From: a virus
Taxonomy: Duplodnaviria; Caudoviricetes
Reading direction: 5' to 3' (one strand)
Length of the DNA stretch: 64,000 bases
Virus record (IMG/VR): IMGVR_UViG_3300028832_000138
Coordinates: 3,747-67,746 of that record
Made by a program: the position numbers and the translations under genes. Shown here in pieces: positions 28,560 through 37,475 of the stretch (position 1 is the stretch's first letter; each line of letters opens with the position of its first letter). The notes under the pieces were generated by a model that searched no databases, was not told where the DNA came from, and worked only from the letters and a program-made list of their open reading frames with translations.

Positions 28560-30185
28560 TTATGCTCCCATTGGATTTGTTATACTCATGTTTATATATC
28601 CAGAACCACTTTGCGGATATGTGGCATTACCACCAAAATAGCCATTGCCCATTATCATGTTTGCATATTGTCTATCTAGATCTGATTGCGTTGATGCACT
28701 TAGACTTGTTGCCAATTCAGATAATAGTTGAACAACAACATTCATTTGGTCACTTACATTGGCCATTGAAATATTATTTTGTCTATTATATTCATTATTT
28801 GTTTCCATTGAATGTTTTTCTAGTTTAGCTTGGGTTTCTTCTTTTGCGTTTCGTTCATATGTTGTTCCGTTTGCCAATGATACACTTCCAACAGCATTTT
28901 CCGCTTCTTTTTCTTTTAATGCTTTTGCTGTCATTGCCCCAATTCCACTAAAATCACGAACTTCTGAAACTGGTTGCGCTGCATCTGTTATATTTTCACC
29001 CATGCTTTTTTGTGCAGTTGCATTGTGAATATCTTTTGCTGCTAATGCTGCATCTAACGCTATTGATGCACCTGTACCTATGCCAGGTATTGTACTTGCC
29101 GCTCCAGATGCTACTTCTAATGCTGCACCGCTCCAATCTCCTTTTAATGCTCTTCCAACCCCAAAAACTAAACCCGATAAAAGACCTATGCCTGGTATTT
29201 TTTTTAATAAACTTTTACCAACTGCTTTTGCTCCTGTTTTTGCTGCAGCTTTGCCAACACTTTTTGTTGCAGCTTTCCCGGCTGCTTTTGTTGCAGCTTT
29301 GCCAGCTGCTTTTTCCGCTGCTTTTTCTGTGGTTTTACCTGCGGCTTTGCTTGTAGCTTTAGCCGTGGTTTTGGATGCTGTTTTTTTGGATGCTGTTTTT
29401 GTTGTTGCTTTTTTCTTTGTACTTTTTTCTGTTGTTTTTGTTGTGCTTTTTTTCGGTGTTCTAGGAGATTTTGTTTTTGCTTTTGTTTTTCCCCTTCCCC
29501 ATTTTTTTTGTATCCAATCTCCAACTTTTCTTAAACCCAATTTTTTTAGCAACCATCCTGCGCCACTTGCTAAAGCAGATCCTAATAATGGTCCAAGTAT
29601 TCCTCCTAATAATCCAGACAAAAAGCCACCAGATTCTCCACCTTGCTCGGTAACTTTTTTCGGTTTTCCTCCCATTAATTTAATTATTTGATCTAATTTT
29701 GCATTTACTGTGCGAGATAAATTGTTTATAGGTGCAGCTTGTTTTTCTAATTTATTCCATTCACTGGCACTAGATCTTGAATTTTTCGCTGTTGTTGCTT
29801 TGCCATCGGAATTATTTGTACTTCCAACGCCACTTGCTGATGATGAACCACCTTTTTTATCAAATAATTTACTTTTTAATGATTCACCAAAATAATGATT
29901 GATTGCCTTACCAGCACCGCTTAATAATGGCCCTCCTAATATCAAACCAAGGTCACCAAGAGACCCCATAGAATCATCATATAGTTTCTTTAAGGCTTTG
30001 TGTTCTTTTTTATTATCACTACCAGATGAATTTGAAGTACTACTTGAATTACTTTTATTAGATGAATTTTGTTTTTTTATTTCATCTCTTATATCTTTTA
30101 AAATATCATACATATCAGCACTGTTTTTTTTATTTTGATCAGTGCTGGTATTATTTGTATTGTTATCTTTAGTTGTTTTAGCCAT
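28560..30185 (-). CDS. tape-measure/hub protein (gp29-like) with a Lys/Ala/Thr-rich linker
   Basis: KSLLKKIPGIG...GDWSGAALEVASGAASTIPGIGT motif typical of T4-like tape-measure/hub proteins; follows the chaperone genes. Confidence 0.65.
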   Translation of the reverse strand: MAKTTKDNNTNNTSTDQNKKNSADMYDILKDIRDEIKKQNSSNKSNSSSTSNSSGSDNKKEHKALKKLYDDSMGSLGDLGLILGGPLLSGAGKAINHYFGESLKSKLFDKKGGSSSASGVGSTNNSDGKATTAKNSRSSASEWNKLEKQAAPINNLSRTVNAKLDQIIKLMGGKPKKVTEQGGESGGFLSGLLGGILGPLLGSALASGAGWLLKKLGLRKVGDWIQKKWGRGKTKAKTKSPRTPKKSTTKTTEKSTKKKATTKTASKKTASKTTAKATSKAAGKTTEKAAEKAAGKAATKAAGKAATKSVGKAAAKTGAKAVGKSLLKKIPGIGLLSGLVFGVGRALKGDWSGAALEVASGAASTIPGIGTGASIALDAALAAKDIHNATAQKSMGENITDAAQPVSEVRDFSGIGAMTAKALKEKEAENAVGSVSLANGTTYERNAKEETQAKLEKHSMETNNEYNRQNNISMANVSDQMNVVVQLLSELATSLSASTQSDLDRQYANMIMGNGYFGGNATYPQSGSGYINMSITNPMGA

Positions 30186-30357
30186 TTTTACTTTGTGCTT
30201 GTTGTTCTTCGTTTATTTGTTTTCTATAGAACCATTCTATATATTCCATAGGCATATTTTCTATTTCAGAATAACTAAGTCCAACGTGTTGTATTAGATA
30301 ATATTCTCTCTCCAAAATATCACTAATTGTTATTTGTGGAAAAAAAGTCGGTGGCAT
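30178..30357 (-). CDS. unannotated 59-aa ORF; gp51-like/TAC-extension peptide, possibly a +1 frameshift extension of 30323..31057
   Basis: MPPTFFPQITISDILEREYYLIQHVGLSYSEIENMPMEYIEWFYRKQINEEQQAQSKNG; overlaps both neighbours. Confidence 0.8.
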   Translation of the reverse strand: MPPTFFPQITISDILEREYYLIQHVGLSYSEIENMPMEYIEWFYRKQINEEQQAQSKNG

Positions 30358-31057
30358 CTAATGTATAAGGAACCACCACCTCCTTTCCGCATTTTGGACA
30401 CTTGCAATTTATTTCTTCTTTTACACCCCAAGTAGTTTTATTAAATTTATTTTCTAATTGTGCTAAATCTTCTGCCGTAATTAAACCTTGAAGTATTAAA
30501 TTCCAAACTTCATCTAGTGGTTTCCAATCACTCAACAAAACAGCATCTAGAGCTAATATTCTCATAAAAATATCTTCTCTATCGATATTGTTTCTTTTTA
30601 ATAAGCTATCAACAAGTAAATCATCATCTAATTGTTTATATCTAAATTTTACTTCCCCAAAATTTTCAAAATTTATAATATTATCTATATTTTTTTCTTC
30701 TAATGTTTCTATTGTTAATTTTGGAATTTCTATTTCAATACCATACCTATGTTCACATTCTTCACAAGTTGTATATACTTTGATTGGAAAAAGTTTATAT
30801 GTTACTGCTCTAATTTGATATAATAAAAATGTATAATCAAAAGCATATATTTTATCTGTTGAGTAATTTTCACATGTAATTAGTCTTTTTACAAAATCAA
30901 TAACAACTTTATTTCTTTCTTCTAATGTTTCTGCACCAACCATTTCAGAAAAGAATTTTTTTTGGTCAAAAGGTGTTACTTTTTTGATTTCAAATTTTGC
31001 ATTTTCAGGATATAATATTTTACCTGGTAGTTCAACACTGTATGTTTCTGGGTTCAT
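30323..31057 (-). CDS. baseplate hub assembly chaperone (gp26-like) with two CxxC motifs
   Basis: YSVELP; DYTFLLYQIRAVTY; CEEC and CPKC; ends ...DFF. Confidence 0.75.
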   Translation of the reverse strand: MNPETYSVELPGKILYPENAKFEIKKVTPFDQKKFFSEMVGAETLEERNKVVIDFVKRLITCENYSTDKIYAFDYTFLLYQIRAVTYKLFPIKVYTTCEECEHRYGIEIEIPKLTIETLEEKNIDNIINFENFGEVKFRYKQLDDDLLVDSLLKRNNIDREDIFMRILALDAVLLSDWKPLDEVWNLILQGLITAEDLAQLENKFNKTTWGVKEEINCKCPKCGKEVVVPYTLDATDFFSTNNN

Positions 31058-31074
31058 TTTTCACTCCTTTGTTT

Positions 31075-31857
31075 TTATTTTCCTATTAATTTTCTAGTTA
31101 ATTCTTTGGCAAATCCTGATCCTGATGAAGAATTATAAATCCCATATGAATTATCTTGCGATTTATAATCTATACCGGTAGCAGAGAATGTACTAGAAAA
31201 TATGTTTTTAACAACTTGTCTTGGATTAGCTGCAGATGCTATGTTTCCTAAACCTTTTGCTATTTTACTTATTGAATTTGTATTATAATTATCAACTATA
31301 ACACGATCAACATTGAATTTTTGTGTTATCCTTAATCTATCTGCGTTTTTTGAATATTTTAATGTTATATCATCTTGTGTAATTGGATAACATCCTTTTA
31401 AACAATATTGTATAACTGGTGTTGTTGTTGCCATTGTTTCTGTTAAACCATAAAAATACACAAAAATATCTTTTTTATATTGATATGGAAGATAATAAAA
31501 TTCATGTTCTTCATTAAATATTGTATCTTTCCATGCTTTTAGATAAAATTGCGTTTTCATTTGTTTATCACAATAAAATGTTAGATTGGCTTCTTTTGCA
31601 TCCAATTTATCTAATGGTATATTATAGAATGTTGTGCCAGCTCTTATATCTGTAGAATTTTTAAAACCTAAAGGCGCAAATGTTATTTCTTCTACTATTG
31701 GAGCGAATTGTTTATATCCAAGCCATGCATCTAACCCTACAGGACTTTGTGTATATGCTGAAATGTCTAATTCCGGCATAATAACCTCCCACATGTTATT
31801 AAGCATTGGATCTTCAATATTATCTACAGATAATTGTGTTTGAAATTTTATACTCAT
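31075..31857 (-). CDS. tail tube-fold paralog (gp19/gp54-like)
   Basis: IEDPMLNNMWEV; LTFYCD; YLKAWKDTI; YCLKGCYPI. Confidence 0.65.
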   Translation of the reverse strand: MSIKFQTQLSVDNIEDPMLNNMWEVIMPELDISAYTQSPVGLDAWLGYKQFAPIVEEITFAPLGFKNSTDIRAGTTFYNIPLDKLDAKEANLTFYCDKQMKTQFYLKAWKDTIFNEEHEFYYLPYQYKKDIFVYFYGLTETMATTTPVIQYCLKGCYPITQDDITLKYSKNADRLRITQKFNVDRVIVDNYNTNSISKIAKGLGNIASAANPRQVVKNIFSSTFSATGIDYKSQDNSYGIYNSSSGSGFAKELTRKLIGK

Positions 31858-31862
31858 AATTT

Positions 31863-31870
31863 ATAGAACT
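31863..31870 (-). promoter_or_regulatory. AGTTCTAT motif only 5 nt upstream of ATG 31857
   Basis: Exact motif; no room for an SD. Confidence 0.65.
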
Positions 31871-31872
31871 GT

Positions 31873-32658
31873 TTATATATTTCTTTTTTGTTTTTGTTTA
31901 GGGGCTGGATATCTTATTTGATTGCCGTACAAAAAATCTTCTGGTGCCCATATTTGTCCTCCTGTAAACCCTGGAGCTTCGTCTTGTATGTGCACCCATG
32001 TTTTTGTTTTAGCAAAATTTTCAAAGTACAATCCCAATTCTTTTGCTCTTAATAATGCTGGTATATTTGTCCTTATTATTTGTTTTAATATTCCATTTGG
32101 ATCTTTTATATCAACAGCGTGTCCAGATAAATGTTTGGAATTCATTGCTGGTTCACCTAGATTTTGTTCTCTATATATTTCTCTTTGTTCTCTTGGGGTA
32201 CGATATGAAGAACTGAGGCCATTAGTATAATCTATTAATTCAGCCCATTTATTTATTTTTGATACCAATCTTTCTGCATTTCTATAATGTTCTTCACTTA
32301 ACTGATCTCTTGTATGTTTTCTTCTATCTCCATTCAAAAAATCTTCCATAGTAAAGTGCATTCTTCCTTCGCTTCCTGTACTACTTATTTCTATTGATGG
32401 TATTGCACTCATGTTTGTAGAATAATCTAATGAATTAGTTGTTAATGTAGGTGTTGTTGTAAATTCTTCTACATATGATTGTTCTCCAGGTGTGTTATAG
32501 CTAACTTTTTTATCGTATCCTGTTGTGCTGTATTGACCGGTTACAAGTGGAATATTCCCTTGATCTTTGCTTTTTATATTGTGTATTGTATAATTACTAA
32601 TATTGCTTCTAAATCTTCTTCTTTTGAATTTTAAAGCAATTTCTTGTTGTGGTAACAT
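31873..32658 (-). CDS. peptidase M15-family (Zn D-Ala-D-Ala type) cell-wall hydrolase
   Basis: SSYRT...SKHLSGHAVDI...WVHI (H-D-H zinc ligands). Confidence 0.85.
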   Translation of the reverse strand: MLPQQEIALKFKRRRFRSNISNYTIHNIKSKDQGNIPLVTGQYSTTGYDKKVSYNTPGEQSYVEEFTTTPTLTTNSLDYSTNMSAIPSIEISSTGSEGRMHFTMEDFLNGDRRKHTRDQLSEEHYRNAERLVSKINKWAELIDYTNGLSSSYRTPREQREIYREQNLGEPAMNSKHLSGHAVDIKDPNGILKQIIRTNIPALLRAKELGLYFENFAKTKTWVHIQDEAPGFTGGQIWAPEDFLYGNQIRYPAPKQKQKRNI

Positions 32659-32666
32659 TTTTTACT

Positions 32667-33293
32667 CTATAATAAAGTATTCATTTCAGAGTACCAATCA
32701 TAATTAAAATTTATAGTTAATTTTACAGCATCAGAACTGCTTGTGTTGACTTGAAAAGATTTTAATTCTGTTGGCCATACTCCATGTAAATATATTCTTT
32801 TTGTTGTTCTCATGTTTGGACCCAATATATCCATCATGGCATTTGTTGCATAAAACTCTGAAGTGCTCATTGAACCTGTATTTTGATTATGTATAACATC
32901 AAGCCAATTATTTATAGCTGTAAGAACAGATCCATCCATATCTTCGATAACTTCAACCGATAAAACACCTGATTTATCGTTATAAACTGGAAAATTTTTA
33001 GCATGATTGAATAATACAACATCTTTTGTATTTATTTTAGCTCCAGGATAAGTAAAAGATGTACAACGTAATTCAAAATCTTTTTTTATTATTATCCCAT
33101 TTGGTCCCATAATTGCACCACCATTTATTCCAACCTTACCTAGTAATTCATTCATACTATTTGAAATATTGTCTGCTATTTTTGATGCAAAATTCGATAC
33201 TGTTTTTATACCAGGGCCGAATGATAATGTTATTTGATACATTTTTAATGGATCTTTTAATCCATCTATTTCTCTAAAACTTTTTAGTGCCAT
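32667..33293 (-). CDS. tail tube-fold paralog (gp19/gp54-like)
   Basis: FELRCTSFTYPG; LSVEVIED; NNWLDVI; LHGVWPT; INFNYDW. Confidence 0.75.
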   Translation of the reverse strand: MALKSFREIDGLKDPLKMYQITLSFGPGIKTVSNFASKIADNISNSMNELLGKVGINGGAIMGPNGIIIKKDFELRCTSFTYPGAKINTKDVVLFNHAKNFPVYNDKSGVLSVEVIEDMDGSVLTAINNWLDVIHNQNTGSMSTSEFYATNAMMDILGPNMRTTKRIYLHGVWPTELKSFQVNTSSSDAVKLTINFNYDWYSEMNTLL

Positions 33294-33330
33294 GATTATT
33301 ACCTAGGGGAGTTATAAATATATACTTTTA

Positions 33331-33338
33331 ATAGAACT
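33331..33338 (-). promoter_or_regulatory. AGTTCTAT motif upstream of 32667..33293
   Basis: Exact intergenic motif just downstream of the tube-gene terminator, 37 nt before the ATG. Confidence 0.7.
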
Positions 33339-33348
33339 ATTATTATTT

Positions 33349-33385
33349 AAAAAGAAAACATCGCCAACAATAAGAATGGCGATGT
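33349..33385 (-). terminator. Rho-independent terminator after the tail tube gene
   Basis: 9-bp stem ACATCGCCA/TGGCGATGT, 10-nt loop, followed by TTTCTTTTT on the minus strand. Confidence 0.85.
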
Positions 33386-33407
33386 ATTTAGTCAGATATT
33401 ACTTTAT

Positions 33408-33965
33408 TTATTGAACTTCATCTCCCATCAAGAAATAGTTGTAGTGCCATGTAACACTTATATTCACAGGCTCAGAACTGCTTGGCTGTATATTGCCATT
33501 GATGGAAACATTTGTTGGATATATCCATTTTAATATTATTTGTTTTGCTGTTGCAGTTGATGGTTTTGGGTCATATAAATCTGGGTTTAAGATGTTCACC
33601 ACAGCACTACCCATATAATTATCATGTAAAGAGATTGTTCCATTTACAAAGTTGTGTGCCCAATTAAGCCATTTTCTAAACCCATCAATATAATCACCAG
33701 ACCAAACTTCAGTAAATTCTACTGTCCAATCCCCCCAACGATTTTGTTTGCCTGCATATTTTCTTTCTTGACCACCCCACATAACAGTAGTGTCATCCAC
33801 TGCGATTGTAGGTATGGTAAAAGATTGGGCACGTAGTAATAACTGTCTCGTCTTAAATCCTAATTCAGTTTCTGTTTTTCCATCTGGTAATGAAATATTG
33901 AAGTCTAACAAAAACTGCTTAATTGGATCGTTTAGGTTATTAATTTCAGATATTTTAGTAAGCAT
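33408..33965 (-). CDS. gp19: major tail tube protein
   Basis: Directly after the sheath gene; LRAQSFTIPT...RKYAGK..WGDWTVEF...YPTNV; terminator follows. Confidence 0.85.
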   Translation of the reverse strand: MLTKISEINNLNDPIKQFLLDFNISLPDGKTETELGFKTRQLLLRAQSFTIPTIAVDDTTVMWGGQERKYAGKQNRWGDWTVEFTEVWSGDYIDGFRKWLNWAHNFVNGTISLHDNYMGSAVVNILNPDLYDPKPSTATAKQIILKWIYPTNVSINGNIQPSSSEPVNISVTWHYNYFLMGDEVQ

Positions 33966-33976
33966 TATTTTTACCC

Positions 33977-36268
33977 TTATGAGTTAGTTGAAACTGTTAC
34001 TTCTGCGTCTGGTCCCATCACAATAGTATTCAATTGGATAAATTCTGTTGTGTATGTTGGCCATAAATATATATCAATCACAAGTTGATTTTGTGCAATG
34101 ATATATGGTGTGTTATTACTTTCATCGCAGATTACTTGATAACGTTGTATACCTTCTGCATTCAATACTGTATCTAAGAATTGAGAGAATTGTAATGTTA
34201 CTTGCATACGTTCATAAGCAGTGTTATTTTCAAACAAATGATAACGAGCTGCATCTCTTAAAGTTGTTTCAATATAGATAACTGTACGAGCAACATTGAT
34301 ACGATCTAATGCTGTTGGTTTTTGTTGTAAAGTTTTTTGACCCCAATTCGCATATCCAATAGAGTCTTTGATAAAGCAATTTAATTGTTTATCATATAAT
34401 TCGCCCCCAGTCGTTTCATCATAATATGCGCTTAACCCCATAGGTGTCACAATTGTAGATGAAATCGTCCCACGATTAGGACCAGCTGGAGCAACCCAAG
34501 GATAAACAGATGCTCCCATTATTTTTGCAACATAAGCCGAAGGACACATTAAGAAATTGCGTTTACCCATTATTGAATTGAAAGTTACAGGCCATGGAGT
34601 AAACAAAGCGCCACGATATGTGTTCATACCATTGATATTTTGTCTCCAATCCAAAACATCATCCATCTCAGAAATTGTACTTGGAATATCAAATAAACAG
34701 AAACAATCACGGCGTTTTTCTGCTAAACTCAACATGGCATTTTGATATGATACATCGTTTTCATAAGCATAGCCAGAATTCATCAATAATGACACATCAA
34801 CACGTGATCTGTCACCATATAATTCCCAAGCCTTGTTTAACAAGCCAATAGATGGTTTATCACCAGATGTGCCGTTTTGTAATGATAAATATGTATAACC
34901 AATCACATGACCTCTTTCATCATATACTAATGTTTCTGCTGGCACTTTTCTAAGATTTTCATTTTCTGTGTTTACAAAAACTTTTATGATATCAGATTTA
35001 CCATTAACAACGTCTTCTACAAAAGTTGAGTTGCCATAATTATCTTTTGCTTCATATAATGTACAATATTGGAAGTTTTCAATTTGAGTTGTAACTTTGC
35101 CAATTGTTTCATATACACCAATAGAGAATGTTGTTTCATTATCTTCAGGATATTTTTGTATTCTTGTACCTTGAATGATTGGATCTTCTGCTGGAATATC
35201 TACAGGATCTGTAATATCATAACAAACAACATTTAGTTTTGATTTTACTTTTACAAAGATTTTTAAACCAGAAGCTACTTCATTTGAAGGATCATATAGT
35301 GTTGTATCATATACACGTTCTTCTACTTCTGTCAAACTACTTATTGGGCCAGCTATAAATACAGACTCGACACCGCCTACTTCATTTATTGCATCAACTT
35401 CAGCAATAACTTCTTCTTCAGAATCATCTAAGTGTAAACCAGTTAAATATACTTTATCGCCAACTTGATAACCTGTACCTGGAATACTACCTTTTTCTGT
35501 ATCCATATCTGGTTCAATATAATATGTATTATCAACTGAGGTTACTTCAAATCTACCATTGATGTCATTATTTGAAGCGTTTGTGATTGTAATTGTATCA
35601 CCTGCTTCAAAAATTTGTTCTGGTTGATTACCTGTTGTAATAAACATTTCAGGAACAGTAACTTTCACGTGTGTTACAGTATTATTTTCATCAACTTCTT
35701 CTTGTTCAACAATTGTTGAAGTTGCTTTGTATGTTTTGTTTGTATTGATTGTAGAATCTGCAATACGAATCTTGTAATTTTTATTGTTTGGATTTTCTGC
35801 TGAAATGAACAATACAGATTTTGTATCTTTTATATCAACCGTTTGACCTTCTGGTGTTTGAACAAAAGCTGCATTAGAATCTTTTTCTATTGCAATCATT
35901 TCATCAATATTTACACTATAGTTCGTGAACCATATTTCTTTTTCAGCATTTGTGTAGCTTTTATTAACTGCAGGTACTCTTGTAAAAGCATATCTAGCTG
36001 TTTCTTCATCAACAACACGTACAATATAATGAGAGTTGATTGAATCCTGGGCGACTGCTAATGAATACCCCATATAACCATATTTTGTAGACAATTCACC
36101 AAAACGAGTTGTATAGCCACGTAAGTTACTAACCAACACGGGTTTATTAATTGGGCCAAATTCTGCTTCGCCAACATAACCACAAGAAACTATGCTGTTA
36201 GAAGTAACTACTTGAGATAAATCTGTTATTTCAGGATATACGCCTGGAAATTTTCCAACTAAACTCAT
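33977..36268 (-). CDS. gp18: contractile tail sheath protein with inserted domains
   Basis: PGVY; GEAEFGPINKP; APAGPNRG; WGQKTLQ...LDRINVARTVIYIE. Confidence 0.95.
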   Translation of the reverse strand: MSLVGKFPGVYPEITDLSQVVTSNSIVSCGYVGEAEFGPINKPVLVSNLRGYTTRFGELSTKYGYMGYSLAVAQDSINSHYIVRVVDEETARYAFTRVPAVNKSYTNAEKEIWFTNYSVNIDEMIAIEKDSNAAFVQTPEGQTVDIKDTKSVLFISAENPNNKNYKIRIADSTINTNKTYKATSTIVEQEEVDENNTVTHVKVTVPEMFITTGNQPEQIFEAGDTITITNASNNDINGRFEVTSVDNTYYIEPDMDTEKGSIPGTGYQVGDKVYLTGLHLDDSEEEVIAEVDAINEVGGVESVFIAGPISSLTEVEERVYDTTLYDPSNEVASGLKIFVKVKSKLNVVCYDITDPVDIPAEDPIIQGTRIQKYPEDNETTFSIGVYETIGKVTTQIENFQYCTLYEAKDNYGNSTFVEDVVNGKSDIIKVFVNTENENLRKVPAETLVYDERGHVIGYTYLSLQNGTSGDKPSIGLLNKAWELYGDRSRVDVSLLMNSGYAYENDVSYQNAMLSLAEKRRDCFCLFDIPSTISEMDDVLDWRQNINGMNTYRGALFTPWPVTFNSIMGKRNFLMCPSAYVAKIMGASVYPWVAPAGPNRGTISSTIVTPMGLSAYYDETTGGELYDKQLNCFIKDSIGYANWGQKTLQQKPTALDRINVARTVIYIETTLRDAARYHLFENNTAYERMQVTLQFSQFLDTVLNAEGIQRYQVICDESNNTPYIIAQNQLVIDIYLWPTYTTEFIQLNTIVMGPDAEVTVSTNS

Positions 36269-36297
36269 TTTTATATTCCTTATATATATTATAGTTA

Positions 36298-36305
36298 ATA
36301 GAACT
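36298..36305 (-). promoter_or_regulatory. AGTTCTAT motif upstream of the tail sheath gene
   Basis: Exact intergenic motif 29 nt before ATG 36268. Confidence 0.75.
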
Positions 36306-36427
36306 ATTTTTATATTATTTTATTCTGTATTTATAGATTATTTCTTAAAATCTATTTTCTTTGTATTAGAACTGGCAATAAATAAAATATTCGCTGTATT
36401 ATAAATAATTGTTTTTATATTTTTTAT

Positions 36428-36460
36428 TAAACAAAAACCCTTATTCTATTTGAACAAGGG
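36428..36460 (-). terminator. Rho-independent terminator ending the acidic-protein operon
   Basis: Minus-strand stem CCCTTGTTC/GAATAAGGG (one G-U pair), loop AAATA, then TTTTTGTTT. Confidence 0.8.
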
Positions 36461-36483
36461 AAAATGTTTTTACTTATATTTTA

Positions 36484-36633
36484 TTATTTTGGTTCTTTTT
36501 TTTCTTGTTTTTTTGCCACTCCTGAGAAGTATTTTTTCCAATATGGTGTTCCTGATTTTGTTACAACATATTTTGATTCACCTCTCACACCTGAAGTTTC
36601 ACACAATCTTATAAATAAACTATCATTCATCAT
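36484..36633 (-). CDS. unannotated 49-aa basic protein (MMNDSLFIRLCETSGVRGESKYVVTKSGTPYWKKYFSGVAKKQEKKEPK)
   Basis: AGGGG SD 5 nt before the ATG, double TAA stop, lies between 36648..37475 and the terminator. Confidence 0.75.
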   Translation of the reverse strand: MMNDSLFIRLCETSGVRGESKYVVTKSGTPYWKKYFSGVAKKQEKKEPK

Positions 36634-36647
36634 TCAATCCCCTATAT

Positions 36648-37475
36648 TTATTGATCAACTTCTTCTTTATATTCTTCTGATTTTGAAATAGTTTTAGCAA
36701 TTTCTTGATCTGCTAATTCTGCTCCGTTTTGATACATAATTTCTATTAGATCATTGATTGAATTTTTGATATTATCCATTGGTTTTGTATCCATTCCAGC
36801 CAAATCCCAATTTTTTTCTGTTTCTTCTATATCAAATCTCATATCTTTTAGTGTATGTATTTGGTCATCTATTTCATGTGGGATATCACTCATCGTAGCT
36901 TCAGATAAGATATTTGAGTTTTCATCTTCATCTGCATCTTTCAAAAAGTGTTCGGCTGCTTTTCCTGCACCACCTAACAATGGGCCACCTAACAATGTAC
37001 CAACAGAGCCCAAGGATTTTATGATATCATTTTTTAAAATATTAACAAAACTTTTATCTTTTTTACTTTCTTCTACATTATCTTTTTCTTCTTTGGATTC
37101 TTCATTTGATAATGTTTTTGCTAAATCTTCTGCTGCTTTTTCTAAAGGATATAATATAGCCCCGTGTTCTTTTACATAATCTAAAATTTTTTGTTTTATT
37201 TCAGATTGTGACATCGGTGAGTTTTCTTCTAATTCTGGTTCCTCTTTTGCTGTATGAATATAAGAATAAACCTTGTCCATAATTGCTTGTTTATCTTCAT
37301 CATCAGCCTCGTCAAATCTTTGGCTAATACCTGAACAAATATTCTTAATAAAATTATAATTGGCTTCATCCATTTCAGAAATGTTTTTCCAATTTGCATG
37401 ATCCATTTTATTTACAATACTTCTTGCAATTGTATTATTTTTATCAAGAGCTTCAGTGACTAATTCTCTAAACAT
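36648..37475 (-). CDS. acidic hypothetical protein, candidate head-packaged protein
   Basis: 275 aa; several [LV]-x-E-[ASN] sites; internal Gly zipper. Confidence 0.8.
   Translation of the reverse strand: MFRELVTEALDKNNTIARSIVNKMDHANWKNISEMDEANYNFIKNICSGISQRFDEADDEDKQAIMDKVYSYIHTAKEEPELEENSPMSQSEIKQKILDYVKEHGAILYPLEKAAEDLAKTLSNEESKEEKDNVEESKKDKSFVNILKNDIIKSLGSVGTLLGGPLLGGAGKAAEHFLKDADEDENSNILSEATMSDIPHEIDDQIHTLKDMRFDIEETEKNWDLAGMDTKPMDNIKNSINDLIEIMYQNGAELADQEIAKTISKSEEYKEEVDQ

Noticed and set aside
28759-30138. Plus-strand ORFs including the 203-aa 29080..29691
   Set aside because: They are antisense shadows of the low-complexity Lys/Ala tract, with no SD or promoter motif.
5601-30233. ATAGAACC one-mismatch variants at 5601, 7130 and 30226 as promoters
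   Set aside because: All are within coding sequence and expected by chance. The 30226 copy, 40 nt before the tape-measure-like ATG, remains possible but unsupported.
30340-30346. Canonical -1 frameshift at the U7 run
   Set aside because: The -1 frame reads CUU UUU UUC CAC AAA UAA and stops; only the +1 (or -2) frame is open.
24363-36268. Bacterial eCIS, tailocin or T6SS locus
   Set aside because: The T4-like gene set, UvsW-like helicase, VRR-NUC nuclease, phage-type promoter motif and absence of host genes fit a phage genome better.
36333-36355. Inverted repeat ATAGATT-N9-AATCTAT upstream of the sheath promoter motif
   Set aside because: Short and almost all A/T in a very AT-rich gap; likely chance.
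36464-36691. 75-aa Phe-rich plus-strand ORF from the track
   Set aside because: The opposite-strand 36484..36633 has an SD, operon orientation and a terminator; the plus ORF mirrors its A-runs.
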